64,000 bases of DNA from the human T2T-CHM13v2.0 reference genome, Homo sapiens (GCF_009914755.1 NC_060925.1), one strand, 5' to 3'; positions 14,931 through 27,367 are shown, counted from the first letter of the stretch. A program made the numbers and translations. The notes: generated by a model from the sequence alone, not told the origin.

Positions 14931-15912
14931 TAATTCCATTGGATATGCATTTATCTATCATTTATTAAGCAGCTCTTATGTATTGAATCATGTAGTAAAT
15001 ATTGGACACCCAATGATGGATTAGAGATCTCTTCAGTCCTGGGGGAATTCACAGTTTAAGGGAGGAGGTCAGAGAAACACACAGGAAGATAAGTACTGAG
15101 CCATGTGTAGGAAGCCCTGTGAGCCTGGGAAGAGTCAAGGTAGGCTTCCCAAAAGCCATCCCGTTTCACTTGAGTTTGGCAGAGTTAACCAAGCAGAGAA
15201 AGGAAGAAAGAGTGTACTAGGAAAGGGAAGCAACAGGGACAAAGGCAGGAAAGTGGGAACCTGCACAGTACATTTGGGAACAGCAAAGGGTTGAGTGTGG
15301 GTAGAGCAGAAGCTATAGATGAGGATCTAAAGTCAATAGAAGTAGAAATAAAAGAACATGGAGTCAAGTAAGTTCAGTACCCAAGGAAAATCGGAAGGAA
15401 GAGGGCAGCTTTCCTTCATGCAGCTTCCCTTCCAGTCACTGAGACCTCAGACTCTTCTCTTCATTCAGGCAGTGAGCATGAAAAGATCTGGATGGGACTG
15501 GATATAGCAGCCACCAGTCTTTATTGAAATAGCCCTGGGGCATGACTCGAACCTGTGAGGGACCATAAAGGGGCATGATTTCTGCAGCTGTGTTTACTGT
15601 CAGTGATTGTACAGACTCAAACATGGAGCTAGGGATAATATGGTAATCTAGATGAGACATGAGTGACATAGACACAGTAGAGCTCCACCTTGAACCCAAG
15701 ATTGGCCCCTAGAACTGTGCAAAACAGGCAACACTGCAGGGTGGCTCATGGCACTCAACTATTCCTGCACTGATGACATTCCTGTACTGATGACATCACC
15801 CACATGATCATCTGTTTATAAGTCTGTCTCTTTAAATGGTGAGGAAAGAGAAATAAAGGTGTAAAAATCCAGCCATCATAACAAAAACACCAAAAGAAAG
15901 AAATTAACTTAC

Positions 15913-16000
15913 CCAAAGGTCTCACAGCTTGTAGTTTGTGAATCTCTACATTAAAAGGTGGATGATGAATCTGAGACCTACTGAGTTAACTGTCCAGCAT
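15913..16000 (-). other. Candidate non-coding first exon of a nested antisense gene (probably LRRC53)
   Basis: Minus-strand donor tgg|GTAAGT (plus strand acttac 15907-15912) in a MIR-like segment, with minus-strand TATAAA ~30 nt upstream of 16000. That LRRC53 lies antisense within TNNI3K's 3' introns is recalled, not verified here. Confidence 0.5.
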
Positions 16001-16019
16001 CTCAGCCATATGCCTTATT

Positions 16020-16170
16020 CCTCTTTATATGCATCTCCACTCCCACACCACCCCCTCCTGGCTTCATCCTTTAGTGCCTGGAATAACGCCTGGCACATGG
16101 TAGTTACTCATCAGAAGTCCACTGAGTGAAAGAACAAACACCTACCACTGACGGGTTGCTATTTATACCA
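16020..16170 (-). promoter_or_regulatory. Candidate antisense core promoter (TATA, CACCC box, MEF2/TATA-like element)
   Basis: tttata 16024-16029 (TATAAA on minus); cccacaccacccc at ~16042-16055; ctatttatac 16159-16168 (one mismatch to the MEF2 consensus CTAWWWWTAG). Confidence 0.45.
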
Positions 16171-18161
16171 TTCTGTCTTCACTGTTGGGAGCTTCATACT
16201 GTATTCTTCAAAATGGGCACCCCCTGCAGCATGCCTCACTCTACAAGGAAAACTTCTCTGTTAACAAGCCTTATGATGGGGTCACTATGTGATCACCTAA
16301 AGCTGGCCTTTTCTGTCCCTCATCCGGGTAAATGGCTCACCGTGGAAAACTATAGACGACTTTTGCCCTTTCACTAACATTCCTCTTGATAAGACACTTA
16401 AAGAGGAAAATAGTCTTGACTCTTTAAAGTTGATGCCAGTTTGGGGCTGTTAACAAAGTCAAGGGATTCTGTTGTTAGAATCAACCTAGCACACAGCTTG
16501 CTCAGTCGATACTGTTTCACTGGCCTGAGATTACAGCAGAGGTAGGTGCCTAAGATGAGGAAATGGTTGTGGAGAAAGAGTCCGAATGACCCAGAGGTCC
16601 ACGTGTGCTTTCCTAGTTCGTTTATTCAGCTGATATTTATTGAGAAATTATACCGGGATGTGGAAATTTACTGAGTCCCTGTCCTTTCATTATTTTAATC
16701 CAGTGCACTAGGTGTTCTTATCAGAGTGAGTCCATGAAATGTTGGGGATGCAGGGGCACTGGTAGTAGGAGTTGAGAACCTGATGATGACTGTCTTTGCA
16801 ATGTTCCCTCAGAAGAAAAGGTTTGTGCAGAAGGCACATCCCACTTCAGACTCCTGCACATCTGCAGAGAACTTTGCATTCTCACTGCAAGAGGAGTTCC
16901 TCTTCCTTTCATTTTTCTTCTCTTTGTCTTCCTTTTTTTCTCTATGCCAAACCTAAGCAAATCTGCTTCATCCAGAGGCAGCTGGCGCTACTATGTGGGA
17001 GTGTTAAATGTTTAACATCTTGTCACTTGCGTAACTGATGGAGTCATCCTTTTTGTTTCAGAGTTTCATGTTTAGGGGTTGAAAAGCTAGATTGATGAGC
17101 ATTACCAGAGAGAAATATTTTTTGGAAAGTAAGTGAAGCTGATGACACATTACTTTACAGTTTAGTGAAATTCAGCAAATCTAATTCTATTATCCTGTCA
17201 AAGTTTCACAAAAAGGAGACCTGAAAGCATATTTTAGATGAATCTTTAAAGATTTCAAGAAGCCACAACCGCATCTGCAAAGCTCAGATGCATCTGGTGC
17301 TGACAGACCTTTGTTTTTCTATAGACTAAGGGGAGTAAATAATCTTCCAAAAACTAATTAAGTAAAGTTATCTTTGGTTGTACAGTGCCTGCCTCTCTCT
17401 CCCTTGAAAAGGTTGTCAGCCAGTAAACGATAACTGCGTTTTTCAATTCAAAGGCTATTCGAAGTTTGCATAGCCAAATTTACCCAGGCACACCAAAATA
17501 GAAGCTTCCTTTATGAATCATAGAGTCTTGTAATGCAGATTTTATAGAGCATTTAAAGCCAGATCATTTATGTCCTTGTTTATTTTCACAATCAAGTATA
17601 AGATACGGTCTAATAAATACATTCTGACCAAAATGCTAGGAGCAATTGTTTTAAAGCGTTTTCACACAATTCTATGTTTTTGTCAGAGGCTTACAAGCTG
17701 ACAAGCTGAAAGCGCTTTGTGATGCTTTTGGCAATTTGTGTGATTGTGTATACACTTGCACAGAAGTTCCTTATCGAGAGGAAGCATTTAAGTAAAAAGG
17801 GGAGCATTAATGAAAAGGTCCATTTTAATAGAAATTGCTGTTGTTCTCTACTATCTAACAATTATTCACTTAAGAAGAAAAGTCTTGATAGAATTTATTG
17901 AGAACCTACTATGTACTAGTACACATATTATTAACATAATATCCCCAATTATTTGCTAGGTAGATATTATCTCCATTTTGAAGATGGGAAAACTGGTCAA
18001 AACAGGAAACATCTTCTGAGATAGTAAGGGGGGAAGCTGGGATTGACTCCAGTCTATCTAATCCCAAAGCCATGTGTGCTCTTTTTAGGACACCATAAGA
18101 AATTCTGTTTGGAACTCATGATAAAAAACAAGATCAAGACTGTGGTAAAAATGTGAAGGGG

Positions 18162-18613
18162 TATTGTGGGTTGAATTGTATCCCCCAAAAAGATATGTTG
18201 AAGTCTCAGACCCTGGTACCTCAAAATGTGACCCTATTTGGAAACAGGGTTGTTGCAGATGTGAGAAGTTCATAGGAGTTTATACTGGAGTAGGGTGGGC
18301 CCTTAATTCAAGATGACTTGTGTCTTTATAAGAAGAGCACAAAGACACGCAGAAGAATGGCATGTGAAGATGATGGAGGCAGGGACTGAAGTGCTCTACC
18401 TAGAAGCCAAGGAATATAAGGATCGTAGCCCTCACCAGAAACTAGGACATGGGCACAGAATTTTCCTCAGAATATTCCTTCAGAAAGAACCAACCTTGCC
18501 AACACCTTGACTCTGGACTTTTAACCTGCATAACAGTGAAAGAATACATTTCTGTTGTTTGAAGCCTTCAGGTGTTTGGAACTTTCTTATGGCAGCCCTA
18601 GGAAATGAATACA
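18162..18613 (+). mobile_element. MaLR solo LTR (MLT1C-like)
   Basis: Starts tattgtgggttgaattgtatcccccaaaaagatatg and ends ggcagccctaggaaatgaataca, typical of MLT1 termini. Confidence 0.85.
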
Positions 18614-21155
18614 GAGGATGACATAACTTCATAGAGCTTAGGAAGAAAACAAACTCCAGACTGAATGTTAGGTCAGTGCCCTTCCTGAGGGTCATAGTCA
18701 TGTTATTTTTCCTTCATCATTTGGGACTATGCGGAAAACCCACACCTAACCCAGTATGAGACTTGAAAGACATTTTTTGGTGCTTTGTCAGAAAATAAAT
18801 ATATGGTTAACCAAAGTTAAGGTGAAATTCTAACGTTTTATCATGCCAATACATATAGAAATGATACTAGGAAAGGGTGTGCTATTTGACTGAAGTTTCT
18901 CTGATGGTTGCTGTTGGCAACCAGTTTTACAAGAGGCACAAGTCTAATTAGGGCAGAAGTCAGGAAGAGATTGCAAGTAATTGAGGTCAGACATAACTCA
19001 GGGTGGGCAGGTGGCTGACATCCGATGTAGTCAAACTAAGGGGATCATGGTTTGAGGTGGGCAGACACAACAGGTGAGGGATGGAGACTGAACACTGATG
19101 GAAATAACTAAAAGCTGAATCTGGCAATGACATTCAAGTAGGTCAAAAAATAAGTATGATAAAAGCTAAGGGAAATCTGAGGTTTTTCTCTTCAGAAGCC
19201 TAGTCTTCCTAAATTGGCTATTTCTTTAGACTGGAGATCATTAGTTATTAAAAGGACTATACTTACACCTGCCAACCTAATGCCCCATAGTGCCAGTTTA
19301 CCTCCTGGCTGCCTTCAAGGTTCTGATGTCTGACTCAGTTGAGAAGAAGGGACTTGCCTTTGCAGAAAATGTAAATGGAGAGAGTAGTACTGATGTCTTT
19401 AGGAGCCTCACTAGAGGGGAAGGAAAGGACAATCAACTTACTGGTGAAGCCATCTTCTGTGGATCTTTGAGTTGGAACTAGGCTGAGAATGTAGGTCTGA
19501 AGTGCAAATCATCCCTGTTCTTATTGATAATAACTCTGGTATTTCAAAATTTTTAAAAATATGGTCATTTATTTCTGTTCTGAAATTTCCCATTAGCCAG
19601 GAAAAAAAATTTTGACTAATGTTGAAGACTACTCAATGAATGTTGCTATCCATTTGTTTGTTCACTCATCTGCTCAATCACTATTTACTTGGATGGGGAA
19701 GGGATTCATAATTTCTAGATATGTTGCTAAATGATGAAAATAAAGGAAAAATAAGACATGGTTTCTGACTTAAGATGAGAATAGTTGAGTCAGGAAGGCA
19801 ATATCAAATCCGTACAATACAAGGCATGAGGTGTCACAGTAAAGAGATGAAGTCCTTTTACTGTGGGGCTTAGTATGTGAGAAAAACTGTGAGAAAGAAG
19901 TTCATTGTGTGTAGAGCCTGCCTATATGAGGCAGGGAGCAATAGAGGATGAGGCTGGAGAAATAGACCCAGGCCTGCTGCTTGAGACCTGGACCGTGGGA
20001 CCTTGCTACTATGGGCCATGGGACCTCAACAGTAAGTGGCATGGTCAGCCACGTTTAAAAAGAAGGACATTTCCACAGCTTGGTTGAGGATGGCTTGTAT
20101 ATTCCCCATCACTAATTCCAGCATTATTTCTCCAGTAGTAATAATGAATGTGCCCTCATATAGCCACATTTCCCCAACCCTTATTATAACAAGTTAAGGC
20201 AGCTTACTTCTGGGATTTTTCAGTGTTGGAATATTCTACATAGATGAAATGCCCTTATTGCCAGTTCACAAAAATGATATCAACAATTGTTAACTACATG
20301 ATAGACAGTATTTTCTCCAGCAACCTCTCTACAGAAGTCTAAAAGAAATATTTACAGTCATGCTCCCATGAGCATCATTATGAGAAAACACTGATAGCAA
20401 TTCAAAAAAATAAAAACAGAAACATTCTTGTCCCCAGCTCTGTTGATGGGGATTATTTAATTCAGCTTTTCCCCCACCCCTATTTTGGTAGATGCTGTTC
20501 ATTATTATGTATTACACAAATCATTCTCAACACCTGTGGGCACTTTCTATATGCAACATATCTTGTAGGGGTAACTCTTTAAAAAAAATGGTTAATAACA
20601 TTAATCCAATTTTACAGATGGGGACAAAAGACAACTGGTTTATTATATTCTGTCAGGTCAGATAGTAAATCAATGCCTCATTAACGTTCATTAGAATTTT
20701 CACTCCATCCAATTTCAAACTAAGCTTCTTCTTCCCTAAGGAACTTAATTAGTATCAAAAATTTTCTGGCATTAGCTCCTCACTGATTCATATGTCAAAC
20801 CTTCAAACACTTACTTGAGCAAGGTACTGTGCTGGTGGTACCAGGCTGGACAGGAAATGGTAAATGGGTCAACTGAGCCAGCATGTAGAAAGCATTTAGA
20901 ATCAGAGCAGGAGTAGCCTTTAATAATAATTGTTAGTAATAATGGTATTTATGGAGAACTCCACATGTGGGGGCTGTGTGCTAAGCATTATGTATAATCT
21001 GCTATGTCCAACTCACAGTGGCAACCTCAATTAGGTTCTATTTCATTGATGAGGAAGCTGAGGCTTAGAAAGTGTCTTGTGTAAAGAGTACGACTGGTAA
21101 ACCGAAAAAGGATTTGAAACTAAGACATCTTAGTTCATCGTCTCAATCACAAAGC

Positions 21156-21336
21156 CAGTGGCTCTCAAAATTGAAAATGCACCAGAATCACCTGGAAGAT
21201 TTTTTAAGGCAAAAACTGCTGGGCCCACTACCAGAGTTTCTGATTCAGCAGGTGTGATGTAGAGTGAAACATTTGAATTTCTAACCAGTTCCCAGGGGAG
21301 GCTGATGTCCCAGGCATCACACTTTGAGAACCACTG
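21156..21336. mobile_element. MER5A (hAT-Charlie MITE)
   Basis: TIRs cagtggctctcaaa ... tttgagaaccactg; internal cagaatcacctgga. Confidence 0.85.
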
Positions 21337-22231
21337 CTCTAGCTAGTACTTAAAGTAACAATCTTTGACTGTGGTCAGCATACGGTGGGAAGTCATTCAA
21401 AGTTTTTGAGCAAGCGATGACCTCGCCAGAATAGCACTTTTAGGAGATTAATAGGGCAGCCGTGTGCAGGTTACTAGAGGACAGATGGTGGACCAGGAGG
21501 TTCCCAGGTAAGTCAAGAAGAAGCAAAGAAATGATAATAGATGTTGAGAAATATTGGCCCAGTGGAGTAGATGGAGAGGGTTTGCTGATCAATGGAGGAA
21601 AAAAGAGTTGTCAGTTGTGACAGTCTGCTTTTCAGTCTGGATGGCTAGAAGAATCATTAGGTCATTAACAGAAATTGAAAGGAGTTCTTCTTTTATATTT
21701 ATTTTCATCTCCTATTTCCACATAGCCTCTTACTGTTCACTCCTTTCATTGTTTTTATTTATGAGATTTCCACAGCATTTTCGTTCTTCTTCTTTACCTA
21801 AAGGGACCAATGTATCTAAAGGGCAGTTATAGACTCTTGGTTGCTTCTGAGATGCTTTTCTTACCTCAAGGATCTCTGATTCTCCCACCTCAATATGCCT
21901 TCTTTTTAGGGTGGCTCTATGGTTCCCACTGCTTACAGATCTCAGTGGATTCTACTAATCGTGACGAAGCTTATGGTTCCCGTGTTTCACCTGATGCCTG
22001 CCTGGGGAGCACACTGTCAGTGCAGAGGCTTCATAATGCATCGCTAATAGTGTTTTCAAAACAATATCTGTTTTTTAAGCTCAAAATTATTATATTAGTG
22101 TTTTGAACACATATTTTGCTTTTATATAATTTATTTCCATAAGTAAAGGGTGTGTTTTTAAAACAACATTTACAAATATGGATTATTTAAGGAGTATTTA
22201 GTCTTCAATTTAAAACAAATTACCTTACTTT

Positions 22232-22955
22232 ATTTTTTATTTTATTTTATTTTTTTTCCCTTTTTTTTTTTTTTTTTTTTATTATACTCTAAGTTTTAGG
22301 GTACATGTGCACATTGTGCAGGTTAGTTACATATGTATACATGTGCCATGCTGGTGCGCTGCACCCACTAATGTGTCATCTAGCATTAGGTATATCTCCC
22401 AATGCTATCCCTTCCCCCTCCCCCGACCCCACCACAGTCCCCAGAGTGTGATATTCCCCTTCCTGTGTCCATGTGATCTCATTGTTCAATTCCCACCTAT
22501 GAGTGAGAATATGCGGTGTTTGGTTTTTTGTTCTTGTGATAGTTTACTGAGAATGATGGTTTCCAATTTCATCCATGTCCCTACAAAGGATATGAACTCA
22601 TCATATTTTATGGCTGCATAGTATTCCATGGTGTATATGTGCCACATTTTCTTAATCCAGTCTATCATTGTTGGACATTTGGGTTGGTTCCAAGTCTTTG
22701 CTATTGTGAATAGTGCCGCAATAAACATACGTGTGCATGTGTCTTTATAGCAGCATGATTTATACTCATTTGGGTATATACCCAGTAATGGGATGGCTGG
22801 GTCAAATGGTATTTCTAGTTCTAGATCCCTGAGGAATCGCCACACTGACTTCCACAATGGTTGAACTAGTTTACAGTCCCACCAACAGTGTAAAAGTGTT
22901 CCTATTTCTCCGCATCCTCTCCAGCACCTGTTGTTTCCTGACTTTTTAATGATTG
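22232..22955 (-). mobile_element. L1HS-Ta1, 5'-truncated (~0.7 kb), antisense to TNNI3K
   Basis: Ta ACA diagnostic (plus tgt 22372-22374), human-specific 3' G (c22289), and Ta-1 T/G pair (a22768, c22765; ORF2 reads YPNEYKS). Long poly-T tail; TSD ccttacttt at 22223-22231 and 22956-22964. Confidence 0.95.
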
Positions 22956-23202
22956 CCTTACTTTAAAAGTGTAATTTTTGAATTGATTTTTAAACTAAAA
23001 TCATAAGAAAGCCAGAATAGAGATAAAAACTTCTAAGAATCTTTTTTATAAAGTAAATAGTCTTACAAAATAACCCCACAGAATATATCTTTAAAAGAAA
23101 ATTACATTTTATACATGAAATTTTTCTAATGTGAGGACAAGTACCTATAATGAAGATATGTTATAGTCAAGCCAAAGCTTTAAGTTTATAATGTGTGTCA
23201 TT

Positions 23203-23381
23203 CAGAGGTGAAGGGAAGATTGAATAGTCCACAGGGTCCCTGTGGCAGTGTGGGTGTCCTATCTGTGGGAGCACAGATCCACCTTCTCTGCTCTGGATGC
23301 CCTGACTGGACAGCATGTTCTTACAGCTATTTCTCCTTTGGATACTGCCATTTTCTCTGTGGGATCTTGCCCAAGCTCATT
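23203..23381 (+). repeat. Local duplicate of 24326-24464 joined to 24620-24657
   Basis: Near-identical text cagaggtgaagggaagattgaatagtcc...ctcctttgg and actgccattttctctgtg...caagctcatt at both places. Confidence 0.95.
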
Positions 23382-23604
23382 TATGTATTTAATTTTTTAT
23401 TTCCATAAGTTTTTGGGGAACAGGTGGTATTTGGTTGCATGAGTAAGTTCTTTAATGGTGATTTGTGAGATTTTGGAGCACCCATCACCTGAGCAGTATA
23501 TGCTGAACCCAATTTGTAGTCTTTTATCCCATACCCCCTTTCCACCCTTTCCCCCTGATTCCACAAAGTCCATAGTGTCATTCTTATGCATGTGCATCCT
23601 CATA
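23382..23604 (-). mobile_element. L1PB-type 3' end fragment
   Basis: ggggaacaggtggtatttggttgcatgagtaagttcttt...gtcattcttatgcatgtgcatcctcata. Confidence 0.85.
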
Positions 23605-24624
23605 TACCTTGATTATAAATGATAATTCAGTTTTTCAAAAAATTGACTCAACTGGAATCTTGAGTGTGAAATTTTAAGATATGGCATTTAAATACACGTA
23701 CAGAATTGAAGTGACCTCGCTTCCGACTTTTCTGAAGAATTTGAGACTACTTCGCGTGAGTTCCACCACCTTTCTTCCTCAGCCCCTCCAGTCTCTCTGT
23801 GACTCCATGGATTCTCCTCTCTTCTCCTTGGATGGAGAAATCGACCTTCTCATTTCTGAGGCCCATCCATCCATCTGTTTCCCTGTTACCTCTTCTGCCT
23901 CTGGCTCTTTTTCCCTCAGTCCTTGCTTGTCTCTTTTGACCTTTTCCTTCCTCCCTTTCCAAAATTTTTGGCAAAACACCAAAATTTTTGTCTCACAACT
24001 TCAAAAAAAAAATGGGAAAAATCAATCCTTCTTTAAATATTAACTGTATGGTCTGCTTCCATTTTTAAGACACTGAGAACAAAAGAGAAGGAAGGGAGGC
24101 CTGGGGCATACTATGTGGTATTTGGGACTTGGTCTATGTGGCGGTGATAAAGAAAACAGTCCCCTTTGAGTTGCAACATGTGGGTTGCAGCTGGGGTGGG
24201 TGTAACAGGGCTAAGAAGCCCCTTATGAAATTTAGATCTGGAAGGTACATATGGAGCTGGCTCATCTTGGGGAGGATTGCTTGGAGCTTTAATTTGCACA
24301 GTTGTGAATAGTGGTGACATGGGAGCAGAGGTGAAGGGAAGATTGAATAGTCCACAGGGTCCCTGTGGCAGTGTAGGGGTCCTATCTGTGGGAGCACAGA
24401 TCCACCTTCTCTGCTCTGGTTGCCCTGACTGGACAGAGTGTTCTTACAGCTATTTCTCCTTTGGGCAACAGCTTCAACTTCAGAATATTTTTAGATAATG
24501 TCCTCTCTCCATCACCACAGAAGTTTGTAGAGCTGAAATTAGGATATATTTGGAGGTTGTGTATTGTAGTTATAAGGAGCATGTGCTCCCAGTAGGACTG
24601 GCTGGGTTCACATTGTGGCACTGC

Positions 24625-24815
24625 CATTTTCTCTGTGCGATCTTGCCCAAGCTCATTAACTTCTTTCTAGTTGCTCTTTGCTTCCTAATCTATAAAACAG
24701 GCATAATAATGATACTTACTTCATGGTTATTATGAGGATTAAATGAAACAAACTATGTAAGTCACTTAAAACAATACCTGGCACATAGTTACTGTTCAAT
24801 AAATGTTAACTATTT
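24625..24815 (+). mobile_element. MIR
   Basis: ctgtgcgatcttgcccaag...ctataaaacaggcataataat...gaggattaaatga...acctggcacatag. Confidence 0.8.
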
Positions 24816-24854
24816 TATGAAATATGTATTCTAATGCAATAAATCCTTACCTTA

Positions 24855-24940
24855 TCTCTCTCACACACACACACATGTAAACGCATTATGTATGTGTGTA
24901 TGTGTATATATATATATACACCTATATATACATATATGCA
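24855..24940. repeat. Compound CT/CA/TG/TA microsatellite
   Basis: tctctctcacacacacacac...gtgtatatatatatatacac. Confidence 0.85.
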
Positions 24941-26019
24941 GTCAAAATTAAATGCTACTATTTCCATAAAGCCTTTTTCTGCGTTCCTTTATTTAGCAAA
25001 TGATTGGTAAAGACGCACTATATTCCTAGCATGGAGGTCACAGTGATCAGCAAGACAGCCCTAGTCGCTATTCTCGCAGAGTTGGTGAACAAGCCATTTC
25101 AGCAAAGCGTGATAAATTTATGATAAGAAGGGCACAGGGTCTCATAAATGAATACATGAATGAATAAATGGGTGAGTGAATGTTTCTTGCTATTTCTACT
25201 GAAATGTTAAGTGTTTTGATCCCTGAGAATAAGTCAGAATTTCTTTAAAGCCTGTGCTGGTCTATTCATAATGCCATTTCTGCTATGAATCATAACTACT
25301 CAAAAGCCCAGAGTGATTCTGGGGCTGCATCCAACTGTTGTTAATCTTCTAAACAGGTAACTGAGATCCAGGTAGAGTAAAAAAAATTCAGATGAGGGAG
25401 ATATATCAACATCCCTTCCAGTGATAGATGACAGACAGTAATTACTATCTGCCTTATCACTTTTCCAATTCTCTCATGCTGATTCGCTGGCCAGGGATTG
25501 TTCTTTTTAAAAAAAATCTGGTTCAGGCACTATTGGAAACTTAATATAGCAGGTGAAGCATTCAGACCCTTGATGAATCAGGGCCAGACACAAATACAAG
25601 GTTATAGACTCAGGGGCTTCAAAGAGAGACATTTAGGACAGATCTGCTCTTGGAGCTGCTGCTTGTACTTGCTAAGAGCCAGAATCCAAAGGATGCAGCT
25701 GCCGCAAATGTGCATAAATAAAGGCAGTGAGTTCCTAGCATTCCTATGGGAACCTGCAGCAGCTCAGATTACCCGTTCCCTAGACAGGATTTCCTTTCAG
25801 CTTGGTGTCTCATATTAAAAGGTAGACCAAGGAGTACACTTCCAGAATGGTGCTTGGGGAATACTTGTAGTACGAGTTGCATGACTAATTCTCCCCACGC
25901 AGTATAGAAGACCTACTCCTGAGGGTATTATACATTTAAAAAGTAGCATGAAAAAGAGAGAATCTGTCTTTTTCCTGCATATTCCCAAAATGTAAGTAGC
26001 TGTTTTTCTGGTCCCTAAG

Positions 26020-26024
26020 GTGTA

Positions 26025-26055
<31 letters not shown>

Positions 26056-26070
26056 AAGAGAAAGAGAGAA
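26020..26070. repeat. (TG)n(AG)n compound microsatellite
   Basis: gtgtgtgtgtgtgtgtgagagagagagagaaagagaaagagag. Confidence 0.9.
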
Positions 26071-27160
26071 ATGCCCCAGGAAGCAATCCCAGAATAACAT
26101 GATTCATTTTCTGATTGGAATATTGATCATTTGATTCAAATCTGGATTAAAACTGGTGTATTTCTTAGGTTGAAAATCTGTAGTCTTTTTACCTTAGCCC
26201 CTGGCTTTATGGAAACTTTACCTGTAGAAGGAATTCAAGATTAAACTGTGAACACATAAAATCCAGCACTGCGTGATCCAAAGCTTCAGTAGGTTCATGA
26301 TCAGAAGCCTACACTTCTAACTCCAAGCCCAACTGCCCACTGGAAATTGAAGAATCCAAATTACTAATGAGAGGGGAAACCCCATGCATTCACTACAGCA
26401 GATCACAAGGTTTCTGTAATACAGCCATGTTGTGGAGCAGAAAAGCAGTGAGCTTCAGTATAGGTTCTGTCTGATTCCTCTCTTCCCTCTTACAGGCCAG
26501 GTGACCTGAGGCAAGTTGCCTGACCAATTTGCCCTCAGTTTCTTCAAGAAAACAATATATATAATAATACCGATACCACACAGTTGCTGGGAAGATTAAA
26601 TAAGGAATTGTATGTGAAATAAATTTTCTAACACCTATGATTTCAAAAAACACATCTATAGACATTATCTCACTTGATACCTCATAGTGGATTTCTAAAG
26701 ACATGTATCATCAAATTTTGAGCATGATATTTGTGTTTTTCTATACACATATCTAAGAGAACAAGCAATTTTTTTTCCTTTATTGTGTTTGTGTATTCAA
26801 ACATACTTGGCTGATGTATAAGATTTTTCTTTTTTTTAATTTTCTTTTGAAATGCCCAAAAGCAACAACAAGAAAGAGAGAAAGAGAAAGAGACTCACTT
26901 AAAAAAAAGGCCTCAAAGTTATAGGCTATGCCTGGCCATTAGCTGCTTATAGTAATTTCGGTGAATATTTAGACTTCAGCTCTGCCCTCTTCATGAGTCT
27001 AGCTTTGCAGAGGTTGAGCTCCTACTGTATGCCAGGCCCTGAGAGTTGGCAGTGTCTGGTCTGGTATGCAGTAGGTGATCAATACCTATTTGTTGGTAAT
27101 TGCTAATACAACTTTGAGGTTTTCTTTGGTCTTGGGGAAACAGTGCCCTGTGGCATGTGG

Positions 27161-27367
27161 TTTTCTTTTTTTAAAATTATACTTAAGTTCTGGGATACAT
27201 GTGCAGAACGTGCAGGTTTGTTACATAGGTATACATGTGCCATGGTGGTTTGCTGCACCCATTAATCTGTCATCTACATTAAACATTTCTCCTAATGCTA
27301 TCCCTCCCCTTTCCCCCCACCCCCGACAGGCCCCAGTGTGTGATATTCCACTCCCTGTGCCCATATG
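27161..27367 (-). mobile_element. L1PA7-like 3' end fragment
   Basis: aagttctgggatacatgtgcagaacgtgcaggtttgttacatagg... Confidence 0.88.

Noticed and set aside
23203-23381. Processed (spliced) retrocopy explanation for the duplicate
   Set aside because: The skipped segment lacks GT-AG ends on either strand, shows microhomology instead, and has no own poly-A or TSD.
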